A DNA stretch of 64,000 nt from Fistulifera solaris (Eukaryota), in assembly GCA_030295235.1 (NCBI GenBank), contig AP026179.1, forward strand, positions 62,001 through 126,000. The letters are read 5' to 3'. Every line of letters starts with the position of its first letter. Position 1 is the first letter of the stretch. Positions 62,667-64,000 of the stretch are shown here, one piece after another. Below the pieces are notes generated by a model. That model saw nothing but the letters and a program-made list of their open reading frames with translations, ran no database searches and was not told where the DNA came from. A program made the position numbers and the translations under genes.

Positions 62667-64000
62667 TTAGATTGTAACTTCGGCTTCTTCAACGATTTCT
62701 GCTAATTCCATCCATCGAAGCTCCTTCTCGTCCAACTCAGCTTGTATCTTGTTAAGTTTTTCCGTCATGTCAGCTAATACGGACCATCCTTGATCCGCGC
62801 TATTGTCGATTTCAGCTTGCTGCTTTTCTATTTGGGAACGTAGCTTATCCATAGACTTCTCCAAGTTGTCCATTTCCTTCTTAGATTGTCGAATTGCGTT
62901 TCGTTGTTCGTTTCGTTTCACCTTGTCCTCCTTATAGTTTGACTTACGCTCGTCACTAACACGAGTCGGCGTCTCGTTTTCCATGTCAAGCAACGTTGTT
63001 GCATATTCCGACAGTTTACCCTCGAAATCAATCACTTCTCCGTCACCCTGGAAGACGAACAGATGATCCGTAACTTTGTCGGCGAACAAGCGATCGTGGC
63101 TGACAACGACAAGAACACCTTTGTATTCTTCTTGCAAGTAAGTTTCCATGGCCTGTAAGGTATCCAGGTCACAGTCGACGCTGGGCTCATCGAGTACCAG
63201 AAAGTTGGGCCGTTGACTAAGAACAGATAAAAGCTGTAGCCGACGTTTTTCACCTCCACTTAAAACCGATAATCGATCGGACCACCTGTTCCTCGGAAAT
63301 TCAAATTTTCGCAATAAGCGCCGAGCTTCGTCTGTGGACACACTCTCTGATTTATCCGCCATTTGCACTCGTTCCACCACAAACTCTAGTACCGTTTGTT
63401 CTGGATCATCGATGGTCAAACCCAGCTGATCATACACACCCATAACGATCGTTTCGCCTACATCTACAAATCCCGAGTCTGGCTTTTGTTGACCGGTCAT
63501 AATCCTTACAAATGTCTAGAATGAAAAAGGGTCAGAGTGACGCACATATCGTGCAATAAGTCGTAGCACTGATAAAGACTCACAGTTTTTCCAACTCCGT
63601 TACTTCCCGCAAGGCATATTCTATCACCAGGCAGAAAATCATAGCTGAAATTCTTCAATACAACTTTTCTTGAAAAAGCCAAGCTGACATCTTTCATCGA
63701 CAAAATCTCTGTTCCCAAGCGACGAACACTTCCTTCTAAAAGCAAGTTTGCATCCCCTGATGAACAAAAACACAGCAACTTTAGTTTTACAAGTCAGAAA
63801 AATTTTGTAAGAACTGTGTGTCTGCAAGGACTTACGAGGCCTTGGCTTGGTACTTTTCTCAAGCTTGTAGAATGCATCAATCCGAGTCTTCGATTTAGTC
63901 TGTCTCGCCTGCGGTTGCCGTCGCATCCAATCAAGCTCTACTCGATATTTTGCTTTAGCGCTTTGTATGGCAGCGTCATCTCTTGCCAATCTTTCTTCTT
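62667..64000 (-). CDS. ABC-F family ATPase (Uup-like), 3' part
   Basis: ELDWMRRQPQAR linker, GSNGVGKT, LSGGEKRR, LDEP, VSHDR and a C-terminal coiled coil. Introns 63757-63835 and 63516-63583; runs off the window. Confidence 0.93.

Overview
Gene-dense eukaryotic nuclear DNA, most likely from a pennate diatom. The evidence is short GT-AG introns, a bipartite plastid-targeting presequence, two DGDG synthases, HSF and GQVGIRC-type factors, and a CoDi-like copia element. About 24 host genes are present. Housekeeping or recognisable genes: SDR, PP2C, bHLH, HSF, guanine deaminase, DPH1, GPI-type 5'-nucleotidase, M6 metalloprotease, RING/TRAF-zinc-finger protein and a partial ABC-F. A complete, very recent Ty1/copia LTR retrotransposon lies at 50654-57447, with identical 214-bp LTRs, an AAAGT target-site duplication and non-canonical AG...CT ends. 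Four regions stand out: (1) a tandem array of five type II membrane receptor-like genes (34.9-45.9 kb) with conserved cytosolic motifs, ShKT-like ectodomains, Pro/Thr stalks and swappable tips, bracketed by two divergently oriented DGDG synthase paralogues; (2) three paralogous secreted acidic repeat proteins (0.5-4.7 kb); (3) a possible phosphate-starvation module; (4) the atypical copia. Many genes are broken by 1-nt indels in homopolymers, which look like long-read assembly errors rather than real pseudogenisation. All calls are by eye; no database searches were run.
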